Shown in pieces: positions 1 to 8,460 of a DNA stretch of 31,211 bases; position 1 is the first letter of the stretch; every line of letters begins with the position of its first letter. Source of the DNA: a virus (lineage: Duplodnaviria > Caudoviricetes); the IMG/VR virus record IMGVR_UViG_3300037755_000457, positions 1 through 31,211 of that record; one strand, given 5' to 3'. The notes beneath the pieces were generated by a model. The model saw only the letters and a program-made list of their open reading frames with translations. It ran no database searches and was not told where the DNA came from. The position numbers and the translations under genes were made by a program.

Positions 1-990
1 GTCCCCGTGGCCGGCCACGTAGCCGCTGTGGTCCACCGCCGGGTCGGTGTTCGGCGCGAAGTGCGAGCCGGTCGAGCACGTCGGGCAGGTCACGTCGTCG
101 CCGGTGACGACGATCGGCGAGGTGCCGCCGAGGTTCGTGTCGGCGCTGACGTCGACGCCGGAGAGCGTCGCGCCGGTATGAGCGTGGCCGTCGTCATCGA
201 CAGTCGGATCCGGGTACGTGCCTCCGAGGTCACCGCCGGCGGCTCCGGTCGGGGCCCGGGCGTCCGTCATCGTCGGGCCGATCTCCTGGAGCGCGGCCTC
301 GACATCGGCGCCGGTGAAGAACGTCCCGGCGTCGGTGATCGGGACCTCGGCCGCGGTCTGATCGTCCGATCCGCCGCCGCTCGGCGTGGGCACGCAGCTC
401 GGCACGCCGCTCGCTCCGTACTCGACCATCTCGCCCGGTCCGTCGCAGGCGGCCAATTCGGCTAGGCCTACCACGTCGTCCGACAGCGAGCCGTCGGCTT
501 CGAGGGCCAGTCCGGCGCCGAAGTCGCCCGACTCCGGCACGTCGTCGTCGGCCTTCGCCTCCTCGACGGTCAGGCGGTCGGCAAGGACGTTCAGGGCCAC
601 CCCAACCTCATCTGGATCAGGGTTGATCCAGTCGGTGTCGACGGCAGGGGTATACGGAACATCGTTCGCCATCAGCGGCCAGGTGTGGTGCGCGTCGGCG
701 ACGTTGTGCGCGTCGATCGCGGCCGACACCTCGATGTCGGTTGCCAGCTCGGCCGGGAGGTCGGCTGCGGTGATGGCGCGGAAGGTGGCCGCGCCGCCGG
801 CGAGGGGGGCCATGAAGGCGTGCGTCGCGGTCGTGGCCTGGAAGCACGCTCCCGTCGAGCAGTCGCCTACAGAGGTGATATCCCCCGAGCCGCCGGCGCC
901 GGTCGGGAACAGGGTCAGCACGCCCGTCGTCTGCCCCAGCGCCGGAGACGCAGCCATCAGGGCGCAGAGCAGCAGTGCAGCACGGCGCAT
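1..990 (-). CDS. Tail-fibre-like protein with N-terminal signal peptide (3' end runs off the window; not in the ORF track)
   Basis: My translation from ATG 990 (overlaps the TGA of the upstream gene) is open for 330 codons to base 1: MRRAALLLCALMAASPALGQTTG... It contains fibre-type motifs AAEVPITDAGTFFTGADVEAALQEI and AGGDLGGTYPDPTV, plus Cys pairs. Confidence 0.8.
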   Translation of the reverse strand, partial: MRRAALLLCALMAASPALGQTTGVLTLFPTGAGGSGDITSVGDCSTGACFQATTATHAFMAPLAGGAATFRAITAADLPAELATDIEVSAAIDAHNVADAHHTWPLMANDVPYTPAVDTDWINPDPDEVGVALNVLADRLTVEEAKADDDVPESGDFGAGLALEADGSLSDDVVGLAELAACDGPGEMVEYGASGVPSCVPTPSGGGSDDQTAAEVPITDAGTFFTGADVEAALQEIGPTMTDARAPTGAAGGDLGGTYPDPTVDDDGHAHTGATLSGVDVSADTNLGGTSPIVVTGDDVTCPTCSTGSHFAPNTDPAVDHSGYVAGHGD

Positions 991-1670
991 CACGGGTACA
1001 CCTGCACTTTCAGCGACCCCGGAGCCGGCGGCACCGTCATCACTCCACCGCCGCTGAAGGTCACCGTGAACCGTCCGTAGTAGGCGCCAGACAGCGCCGA
1101 GGTCTCGACCGAGGACCACGAGTGGCGGAAGGTAGCCGTCCAGGTCCCATCCACCTGCGCGTCGGCGTCCACTACCGAGGCCGCCGCGGCGTCGATGACC
1201 AGCGTCCCCTGGGTGCTCCAGAGATTGAACGCCACGTCCGCCCCGGTCGGGTCGGCGCCCAGCCCAGAGACGCTGACATCGGCCGCCGGGAGCGTGTCAC
1301 CGGCCGCTATCGTGATCGTGGCCGGCACCCGGTAGGAGACGGTCGCGGAGGTCACCTGCGGCGTCCTGGTCTGGATCGGGTAGGCGTATCTCCCCGGAGA
1401 TCCTGAAGCCTCCCAGGTCACCTCGTGCCACTCGCCGCTCCCGGCCACCGGGTCCGGCAGGCCGTCGAACAGGTAGTCGCGCCCGTTGGCCTGCTCCGTC
1501 ACCGTCACCGCGGAGTCATCACCGACGACGCAGCCGGAGGCGGTGCAGTCGTAGAGCACGAGGGCGAGGTCACCCTTCACCAGTCCGGGAGTGCCGAGCG
1601 GGGCGATGAAGCTCTCGGCCGCGACCGGCAGGGCCGTCAGCAGCAGGGCAGCAGCGAGGGATCTCTTCAT
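990..1670 (-). CDS. Signal-peptide protein with C-terminal BppU-N-like (baseplate upper protein) Ig domain
   Basis: N-terminus MKRSLAAALLLTALPVAA|ES. C-half IAAGDTLP...DPTGADVAFNL...GAYYGRFTVTFSGGGVMTVP...LKVQV fits the BppU N-terminal pattern. ATGA overlap with the upstream gene. Confidence 0.7.
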   Translation of the reverse strand: MKRSLAAALLLTALPVAAESFIAPLGTPGLVKGDLALVLYDCTASGCVVGDDSAVTVTEQANGRDYLFDGLPDPVAGSGEWHEVTWEASGSPGRYAYPIQTRTPQVTSATVSYRVPATITIAAGDTLPAADVSVSGLGADPTGADVAFNLWSTQGTLVIDAAAASVVDADAQVDGTWTATFRHSWSSVETSALSGAYYGRFTVTFSGGGVMTVPPAPGSLKVQVYP

Positions 1671-2641
1671 GCGGCAGCCTCCATGAGGAACAAGATATCA
1701 GGGGGAGCGCCGACCGTCGGATGATTCTCCACCACCACCCTTGAGTCCGGCGCGCCTGACGTGTCGGTCGCTGCGGCCACGATCGCCACCCGCGGCTCCG
1801 CTTCGTCCTCGGCGTCGATGCCGTAGAGCAGCGCCTTCCCGTCCTCGGTGCGTGAGTCGACGTTGGCCGGCAATCCGCTCGCCACGACCCATGACGCAGT
1901 GGTAGGCCAGCGCGGCTCCTCGCTCGGATACACCGCATCCTCGAGCGCCAGCATCTCGCCACCGCTAGGGAGCAGCGATTTGCCATCTCCGTCCGAGACC
2001 CCCGCGATGAAAAGCGCTGACCCGGGCGAGCCTGCCCCCTCTCCGCTTGTGGTCCCAGACGAACCAGACAGCGGCATACGGGATCCTCGCCCACCCGAAG
2101 ACTCTGCCGTGAACGTCGCAGCGATGAGCAGCGCTACCGAGTTGATCGCTGCCGTCAGCGAATCCCACGTTGCGTCCTCGGAGGTCTCCAGCTCCACAGT
2201 CGAAACCGTCTCCGCTCCCGTCAGGTCGCAGTCCGCTCGGCGCAGGTAGAGGATGGTGGTGGTGACGGTCGGCGCGGCCGGGATCTCCGACCAGTAGAGT
2301 TTGCCGGCGTGGTAGTAGGCGGACGAAACCAGAGCGCCCACAGTAGCGGTGTAGCTGTAGAGCACATCCCCGACGACATCCCAGCAGTAGATGGTGTCTG
2401 CGCCGTCGCTCCAGACCAGAGAACCGACCCCCACTTGCGCCGCGCTGTCCTCGTGGATGATGATGGCGTCGGCAGGAAACTCGCCCGCCCACGCCACACC
2501 GCCGCGATCCTCTATCCAGCCCCCGGCGTCCGAGTAGATCGACGACAGCAGCGATCCGCCATCCTCGTGGAAACCGTAGAAGGTCGGCGTCACCGTCACC
2601 GCAGGCACCGCTCGGATCAGGTCGCGCCCTACAGGGGCCAC
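1667..2641 (-). CDS. Virion tail-tip protein, beta-rich, possibly a beta-propeller
   Basis: 324 aa acidic ORF in the tail-tip cluster; GGAGGT RBS before the GTG; GKLYWSE...LRRADCDLTG resembles a YWTD-type propeller blade. Confidence 0.6.
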   Translation of the reverse strand: MAPVGRDLIRAVPAVTVTPTFYGFHEDGGSLLSSIYSDAGGWIEDRGGVAWAGEFPADAIIIHEDSAAQVGVGSLVWSDGADTIYCWDVVGDVLYSYTATVGALVSSAYYHAGKLYWSEIPAAPTVTTTILYLRRADCDLTGAETVSTVELETSEDATWDSLTAAINSVALLIAATFTAESSGGRGSRMPLSGSSGTTSGEGAGSPGSALFIAGVSDGDGKSLLPSGGEMLALEDAVYPSEEPRWPTTASWVVASGLPANVDSRTEDGKALLYGIDAEDEAEPRVAIVAAATDTSGAPDSRVVVENHPTVGAPPDILFLMEAAA

Positions 2642-4134
2642 AGCAGCACCTCCAGCACGGCATCCTCCGACGCAGTCCCGGACGGGATCTCGGCCACGGA
2701 GGCGCGGATCGCAGCGCCGGCGGCAATCTCGTAGGCGAGCGGGATCGCGTCGAGGTGGCGAGGATCGGCAGCAGCGACGGCGATGCGCGGCGGCGAGTCG
2801 GTATCACCGCCAGCGAGGTCGGAGGCCCACGTCAGGTCGAAGTCGGAATCAACCTCCAACCCGAAGCGCGTCTCGCCCGTGACGCCCGAATCGGCGACGA
2901 AGGCGCGGAGACCGCGCACCGGCAGCACGAACGCCGGTCGGTCGAAGGGGTTGACGGCGTAGCGATAGACCCCGGCCACCTGCGTCCCCGGCCACTCGAA
3001 GCGCAGCATCGCCCGGCTGCCACCGGCCCACTTCCGGCGATCGCGGTGCTCGGTGACTCCCGACCCGTCGGTGACCGCCTCGTGCAGCAGCAACGCCCGC
3101 GTCCCGACCGGAGGCTCGCCGTCGATGGTGACCGCCAATAGGCCGTTGCGCCGCAGCCAGATCGAATTCGTCTCCGAAGCCGTCAGCGCCACCTGCTGGG
3201 ACACCCCGGAGAGGGTCAGGGAGTTGTCCACCAGCGCGTTGCCGGGACCGATCGTGGCGGTGAGCAGGGTAGCGGTGAAGCCGTACAACCCGGCGCTCCA
3301 GAGATTCGTGATGTCGGCGTTGCCGATCACGCCCGAGTCGTCCACCGCGACGTAGGCGATCGCCACCTCGCCGGTCGGCGTGGCCGGCACGTCGTCAGGG
3401 CCCAGCGGGTCGGTGGTCTCGACCCCAGCCGTCACCGTCAACGTCCCGTCGGCGGCCAGTGACAGGAGGTCGTACCTGGCATTCGACGCCGCCGCGGCGG
3501 TCAACGGGATAAGCTGCTGGTGATACGCCCACGGCTTGCGCCCGGCGATCCACACCAGGGGACCGATCTGCACCTCATTGTCGGCCCCTCCGGGGTTCTC
3601 CGCCACGTTGGAGCCAGTTACCAGGACGGCGGCGTTCGGGTCTCCGATCGGCATGATGACGCCGTCGATGCCCGACTCGGTCAGGCCGGGCGAGGTCACC
3701 ACGGACAGATCCGACACCACCGACAGCACCAGCACCCGCTGGAGGGCCTGCGCATCGGCAGGAGCTGAGACCTGGAACTCCAGCGTCAGCCCCTCCCCGG
3801 CGGCGAGGGCGGGAAGCGGCAGGTAAGACCCGGCTCCCAGCGGTGTCCACTGCGTCGGTTGCGCCGTCTTGCCGCCGAGTCCGGAGACGACGCGGGCCTC
3901 GACGTAGTGCCGATCGACCAACTCGTCCCCACTCTCGACCGCCGAGGTGGCGCCGGAGGGGAGTGCCAAGCCATGCAGGCGCCCGTTGCTCAGAGCATCC
4001 GCCGGGGTGCCGTCCTTGGAGTTGTAGAGGCGCAGCTCAAGCGCCGTCCCCGCCGCCCCGGCATCCCCCTCGATCGGCGGCGCCGAGGTAAGCAGGGTAT
4101 CGGTGTCGTCGTACCACTCGATGTCGGCGACCAT
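2629..4134 (-). CDS. Virion structural/baseplate protein with two tandem related domains
   Basis: 501 aa. Segments VQIGP...ARYDLLSL...PATPTGEVAIAYVAV...DITNL and ATIGPG...PPVGTRALLLHEAVTD...HRDRR look like two copies of a common phage tail-fibre-anchor domain. Confidence 0.65.
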   Translation of the reverse strand: MVADIEWYDDTDTLLTSAPPIEGDAGAAGTALELRLYNSKDGTPADALSNGRLHGLALPSGATSAVESGDELVDRHYVEARVVSGLGGKTAQPTQWTPLGAGSYLPLPALAAGEGLTLEFQVSAPADAQALQRVLVLSVVSDLSVVTSPGLTESGIDGVIMPIGDPNAAVLVTGSNVAENPGGADNEVQIGPLVWIAGRKPWAYHQQLIPLTAAAASNARYDLLSLAADGTLTVTAGVETTDPLGPDDVPATPTGEVAIAYVAVDDSGVIGNADITNLWSAGLYGFTATLLTATIGPGNALVDNSLTLSGVSQQVALTASETNSIWLRRNGLLAVTIDGEPPVGTRALLLHEAVTDGSGVTEHRDRRKWAGGSRAMLRFEWPGTQVAGVYRYAVNPFDRPAFVLPVRGLRAFVADSGVTGETRFGLEVDSDFDLTWASDLAGGDTDSPPRIAVAAADPRHLDAIPLAYEIAAGAAIRASVAEIPSGTASEDAVLEVLLWPL

Positions 4135-4137
4135 GCC

Positions 4138-4707
4138 CTAGCTCCTCGTGGGATCGATGGAGATGCGGTGTCCTGTCGGGGCGGAAGCGGACAGCGTGAC
4201 ATCGATCTCGACCTCGGTCTCCGAGACGACTGTCGGCTCGCCCAGCGTGACCAGCGGGTCGGTCTCCCAGCCTCCGGCGCCGTCATCGCGCACGGCCCGG
4301 AAGGTGTCGGCCGGATCGTCGCGGAAGCCGTAGCCGGTCAGCGTGAAGGTCTCGGTCGCTCCCACCTCCAGGGTTTGCGGGTCGGCCTCGTGGATGCCGA
4401 CGACATCCACCTCTCCATCGGACCGCACGACCGCGAAGGCGCTCGCCCCGCCGAGGCCGGGCGGCGGTTCGTTCAAGATCACCCAGCCACCGCGCCCGGA
4501 GTTGCGAGCCACCAGCAGGCGGGTGCCCGGCGCGAACGTCTTGTCCGGGCCGGCGACAACGACATCCTCCGTCGAACCGATGCGCCGGACGTAGTGACCA
4601 CCAGGTGCCCCGGTCGGACCGACGTACACCGCCGGGAAGACGTCGCTCTCCCGCTCCCGTCGAGAGTCCAGGGAGGCCCGGAGTGCGCCGGTGAAGGTGC
4701 GGCTCAT
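4138..4707 (-). CDS. Tail-tip protein with C-terminal IPT/TIG-like Ig domain
   Basis: IHEADPQTLEVGATETFTLTGYGF...TVVSETEVEIDVTLSASAPTG is a TIG-type pattern; follows the hub gene with an ATGA overlap. Confidence 0.65.
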   Translation of the reverse strand: MSRTFTGALRASLDSRRERESDVFPAVYVGPTGAPGGHYVRRIGSTEDVVVAGPDKTFAPGTRLLVARNSGRGGWVILNEPPPGLGGASAFAVVRSDGEVDVVGIHEADPQTLEVGATETFTLTGYGFRDDPADTFRAVRDDGAGGWETDPLVTLGEPTVVSETEVEIDVTLSASAPTGHRISIDPTRS

Positions 4708-7037
4708 GCCACCTCCATGATGGCACGTCCGGTGACCTGAGTGTAGCCCGGCGATCCTGAGCCCGGCTCCTGGTGGAGACAGGCGGTGACCAGGATGTTG
4801 TCGTGTATCCAGCCGATCGCCGGGCAGTTGAGAGCGACGCGCTGACCGGGGCGCACCATGACGTTGAGCGGCAACGCGAAGCGGACCTCAGGGGCGGCCT
4901 CCCAGATCAGTCGATGCCGCCCAACGCGCTCCAGCTCCTCGGCGGTCTCGGCGTACTCGACCACGACGGGGCCAGCATCCCAGCGCTCTTTGACGAGCTC
5001 CAGGGCCGGTGACGTGACGATCGCCTCGATCGCCTGCGTCTCGTCACGCCTTGCCAGCAGCGCCGCAGCAGCCTCTTCCGGGTCGTCGTAGATCGACGGA
5101 TCGGGCGTGATGTCGGTGCGCCGCGTCGCCGCCGTCAGGTAACCGGCGATGCCGCTTTCGCTCCGCCCCTCGACCTGTCGTCCCTGCTCGTCGAAGCGGG
5201 CGAAGTACTCGGCATGGTTGGACTCCCCGCTGGCCGCGTAGCTGGTGCGCTCTGTGCCCCGCACCTGGAACTCGTACCCGCTCTGCGCGCTGACTCGGCC
5301 GTCGCTGTAGCGGTAGAGGCCGGTTCCCGACTCGTAGAGGTCCCACGCCTGCCTGACCGCCTCCTCGGCGACCAGGAAGCCGTCGGTGACGGTGTTGCTG
5401 GCGGTGTTGATCTCGGCCACCGCGGACCATGACGAGTTGGAGTGATCCCAGACGATGCGAAGAGCGTGGTACGGGAAGTCCACCTTGATCCGATGAAGAA
5501 CCGATGGCGCCACCGCGCCCTCGATCTCCGGCCGTTCGTCGTAGACGAGTTGCGGGCCATCCCAACCCTCGGCAACCGGGCGGGCTTCGGGGCCGGCGAT
5601 AGCGGGTTCGATCACGGTCCCGTCCGCCAGCATCGGGGCGACCTCGAAGTCCTCAGCCTCCCAGGTCTGGCCGGAGGTGTTGCGGTGCTGGGCCGGCGCC
5701 GGGTTGATCTGCCATCGACCGGCCCGGGAAACCGAGGTGGTCAGGAAGCCGCGAGCGTCGTAGACGTGCTGGACGCGATCCCACGACACCGGCACCCACC
5801 TCTCGGCCGGCCAGTAGTAGAGGGGAGATCCGGGATCGTCGTCGTAGATGTAGCCGAAGTAGTAGTCACCCACGGCACCAGTCGCGTCCTGCTCGTAGCG
5901 CGCCATCTCGGGTGAGTACCACCCCCAGGCGACGGTTTCCTCCGCGGCCAGAGTCTCGCAGTCGAACTCCCGAACGATCACCCGGCGCTCGACGTGGCGC
6001 AGTTCCGCCGGCAGCCCCTTCCACGTCACCGGCGAGACGGTCCCGGTGCCCACTCCCTGGGTGTACCTCGCCCCCCTGATCTCCCGCACCGCGTAGGAGT
6101 CGATGACCTGGTACTCGACGCGCTGCCCGCACTCGTCTCGCGTCACCTGCGCTTGTGAGGTCAGCGTCAGACGAGTCGGGCTGTCGGCGTTCTCGGAATC
6201 ACCGAAGCTGCCGACGCCGGACAGTAGATCCTCGGCCGTGAACACCCAGTCGAGCCGCCGCTCGCTCGTGGCGGCGTAGTCGAGGGCGATCAACCTCCCG
6301 CCGCGATCTACCATCGGCACCCGCAACTCGGGCTCCAGGACCAGGATCATGGACTCCGCGGCGGCGGCTTGCGCCAGAACCAGCGCCTTCGTCATCCGCT
6401 CCCCGCCGGAGATCGCCACCCGCGCCGAAGGCCACCCCGCAGCTTCCGCGATCCGACGCACCACCGTCCCTCGCTGCTGGTTGTGGCCGGGTGGGAATTG
6501 CAGTGTCACCTGCTGCCGGTCGTATCGCGCTGCCGCCGAAAGGGCCACGAAGCCGCGCTGGTCGGTGTCCCCCTGCGAGACGTCCAGGATGCCGTCCGTC
6601 AGCACCCGCACCGCCTTGCGCCCGGTCGGCGTCAGGTACTCGACATCGACGTTCACCGCCCGCTTGCCGCCCGGGACTCCCAACCAGTTGAGGGGATGGC
6701 CGAGCGGTTCGACGAACTCATCCGGTTCCGACCCGCGACGCGGAACCGCGAAGCTGAACACCGATCCCGCCTCCAGGGATTCCTCGAGCGTCGCTCCGGG
6801 AAGGCGTCGGCTGGCCGGCAGCGGGACACCCCCGATCGTCACCGGCCACGGCGACAGGAGCTGCTCTCGGTCAGCTCTCGGCCGCGCCGCCTCTGATGCG
6901 GCGGCATCGACCGTCACGTCGAGCCGGGCCTGGACGCCGAAGTCCGCCAGCGGCGTGACCCGCACGTCGAGGCGAGCCCGCGAGTGGCCAGACACCGCCA
7001 CCCGCACCGGCATCTTGAGCGTGGACACTACCGGCAT
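4704..7037 (-). CDS. Baseplate hub / Tal-like tail protein
   Basis: 777 aa, placed after the Dit-like gene. C-terminus VRFALPLNVMVRPGQRVALN...ILVTACLH...TQVTG resembles the gp27-like hub end. Confidence 0.65.
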   Translation of the reverse strand: MPVVSTLKMPVRVAVSGHSRARLDVRVTPLADFGVQARLDVTVDAAASEAARPRADREQLLSPWPVTIGGVPLPASRRLPGATLEESLEAGSVFSFAVPRRGSEPDEFVEPLGHPLNWLGVPGGKRAVNVDVEYLTPTGRKAVRVLTDGILDVSQGDTDQRGFVALSAAARYDRQQVTLQFPPGHNQQRGTVVRRIAEAAGWPSARVAISGGERMTKALVLAQAAAAESMILVLEPELRVPMVDRGGRLIALDYAATSERRLDWVFTAEDLLSGVGSFGDSENADSPTRLTLTSQAQVTRDECGQRVEYQVIDSYAVREIRGARYTQGVGTGTVSPVTWKGLPAELRHVERRVIVREFDCETLAAEETVAWGWYSPEMARYEQDATGAVGDYYFGYIYDDDPGSPLYYWPAERWVPVSWDRVQHVYDARGFLTTSVSRAGRWQINPAPAQHRNTSGQTWEAEDFEVAPMLADGTVIEPAIAGPEARPVAEGWDGPQLVYDERPEIEGAVAPSVLHRIKVDFPYHALRIVWDHSNSSWSAVAEINTASNTVTDGFLVAEEAVRQAWDLYESGTGLYRYSDGRVSAQSGYEFQVRGTERTSYAASGESNHAEYFARFDEQGRQVEGRSESGIAGYLTAATRRTDITPDPSIYDDPEEAAAALLARRDETQAIEAIVTSPALELVKERWDAGPVVVEYAETAEELERVGRHRLIWEAAPEVRFALPLNVMVRPGQRVALNCPAIGWIHDNILVTACLHQEPGSGSPGYTQVTGRAIMEVA

Positions 7038-7732
7038 CAGGCGACCGCCTCGAACCGCCGCGCCATCACTTCCTCGACGGTGAACGCCACGGCCAGGGCG
7101 TTGTGCGCCCGCAGGGATCGCTGGAGACCGACCAGCCGAGCCCGCAGGATCGGCGGATACCTCAGCTTGAGGTAGGAGCCCGCGATCCCGGTCGGCGTCT
7201 CGATGGCTGCGTAGTCCCCGGAATCCGGAACGTACACTTCACCCGCCCCAGGGCCAGAGCTCGCCACCACGGTCTGCGCGACTCCGTCGATCAGGGCAGT
7301 CGGCGGCCTTGAGGCGAGAGACACCCCCGTCAGGCTCGACCCGTAGGGGAGCTTGCGGGACGTCTTCCACGTCGTCTGTCCCGCGTCGGCGTGAGCGATG
7401 GACCAGATGTCGGTCACCGGCAGGTCGAGGTAGACATCTACGGCGAGGCCAAGCTCGGAAGCCTCGGTCACCGCCCAGTAGTCCTCCTCGTGCGCCAGGA
7501 CCACATCCACCGGGACCGACACCGGGCGCAGGTTGACCGGCACCTCGCCGCCCAGCCACACGAGCTGCACGATGTCGGTGCCGCCGATCGTCGCCAGGAC
7601 CGATCCCCGACTCGCCTGAGACACCGCCAGCGGCTGCGGGTAGAAGGCGCCACCTTCGATCCAGCGGCCGTCGACGTAGAGGCCCAGCAGGCCGGCGTCG
7701 GTGTCCCAGGTGTAGATCCCGCCGCCCGGCAT
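7037..7732 (-). CDS. Putative distal tail (Dit-like) protein
   Basis: 231 aa beta-rich ORF between the tape-measure region and the hub; ends ...AVAFTVEEV; call is mainly from synteny. Confidence 0.5.
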   Translation of the reverse strand: MPGGGIYTWDTDAGLLGLYVDGRWIEGGAFYPQPLAVSQASRGSVLATIGGTDIVQLVWLGGEVPVNLRPVSVPVDVVLAHEEDYWAVTEASELGLAVDVYLDLPVTDIWSIAHADAGQTTWKTSRKLPYGSSLTGVSLASRPPTALIDGVAQTVVASSGPGAGEVYVPDSGDYAAIETPTGIAGSYLKLRYPPILRARLVGLQRSLRAHNALAVAFTVEEVMARRFEAVA

Positions 7733-8157
7733 CAGTAGCCCCCCATGGCGCGCAAGCGTGCCCCACCATCACCCGTGACCAACGCGGACAGAGACTGCCG
7801 GATGCCGCGCAGCTCACCCACGATCGCGGCGCCATCGGCGGAGACCAGCGGCGCATCTAAGGTCCGGTTGCGACCACCTCCACCCCCACCGCCGGTCCCG
7901 CGGAGGGACGACGCTCCGCCTTCGCCCTGCCCGTCGAAGGTCCGGCTATTCCCGCCCCCGCCTCCGCCCCCGGTGCTGGTCGAGAACTCGCGGAAGCCAA
8001 GATCGGGGAGCGCTGCCCCGGTGGCTCCGGCGCTGATCGACGCCAGGCGCTCGGCCTCGTCAGCCGCCCCTGCCATGCTGTCGCGGATGCGATCGACGGC
8101 GCCGGCGACATCCCGCGCACCGGCGACGAAGTCCTGCATGCTCTTGGGGATCGGCAT
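7732..8157 (-). CDS. Gly-rich protein resembling a detached tape-measure C-terminus
   Basis: GGAGGA RBS; helical ends; duplicated TGGGGGGG-x-x-RT-(F/L)-D motif. Confidence 0.55.
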   Translation of the reverse strand: MPIPKSMQDFVAGARDVAGAVDRIRDSMAGAADEAERLASISAGATGAALPDLGFREFSTSTGGGGGGGNSRTFDGQGEGGASSLRGTGGGGGGGRNRTLDAPLVSADGAAIVGELRGIRQSLSALVTGDGGARLRAMGGY

Positions 8158-8460
8158 CTATCCTCCGGCGCCCTTTCGCCCGGTCGGTCTAGCTGGTCCA
8201 ATGTGGCCAGGCGGTTTGAAGAACCGGCTGGTGTTGCGCTCCCCGAACAGGACGCCGCTCCCCTGGAGCACCTTCACCAACTCAGCGGCCCGGCGCGCCG
8301 CCTCCTCCTCGCTGATCTGCGGCCCCTTCTTCTTCTTCGGGTCCTCCAGCCGCTCCTTCTCGCGGTGCGCCAACCGGCACGCCGACAGCGTCTCGGCCAT
8401 CGCCGCCGTGGCCGCGATCCAGCCGTCCCGCACGTCGTACCACGCCGCAGCCGTGCTCAC
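8158..8460 (-). CDS. Hypothetical protein (possible displaced tail assembly chaperone)
   Basis: GTG 8460 overlaps the tape-measure TGA, with GAGGA upstream; 100 aa, helical and charged. Confidence 0.55.
   Translation of the reverse strand: MSTAAAWYDVRDGWIAATAAMAETLSACRLAHREKERLEDPKKKKGPQISEEEAARRAAELVKVLQGSGVLFGERNTSRFFKPPGHIGPARPTGRKGAGG

Noticed and set aside
8320-8345. AAGAAGAAGAAGGGG as a programmed frameshift site for a chaperone
   Set aside because: Not an X XXY YYZ heptamer, and the downstream gene has its own RBS.
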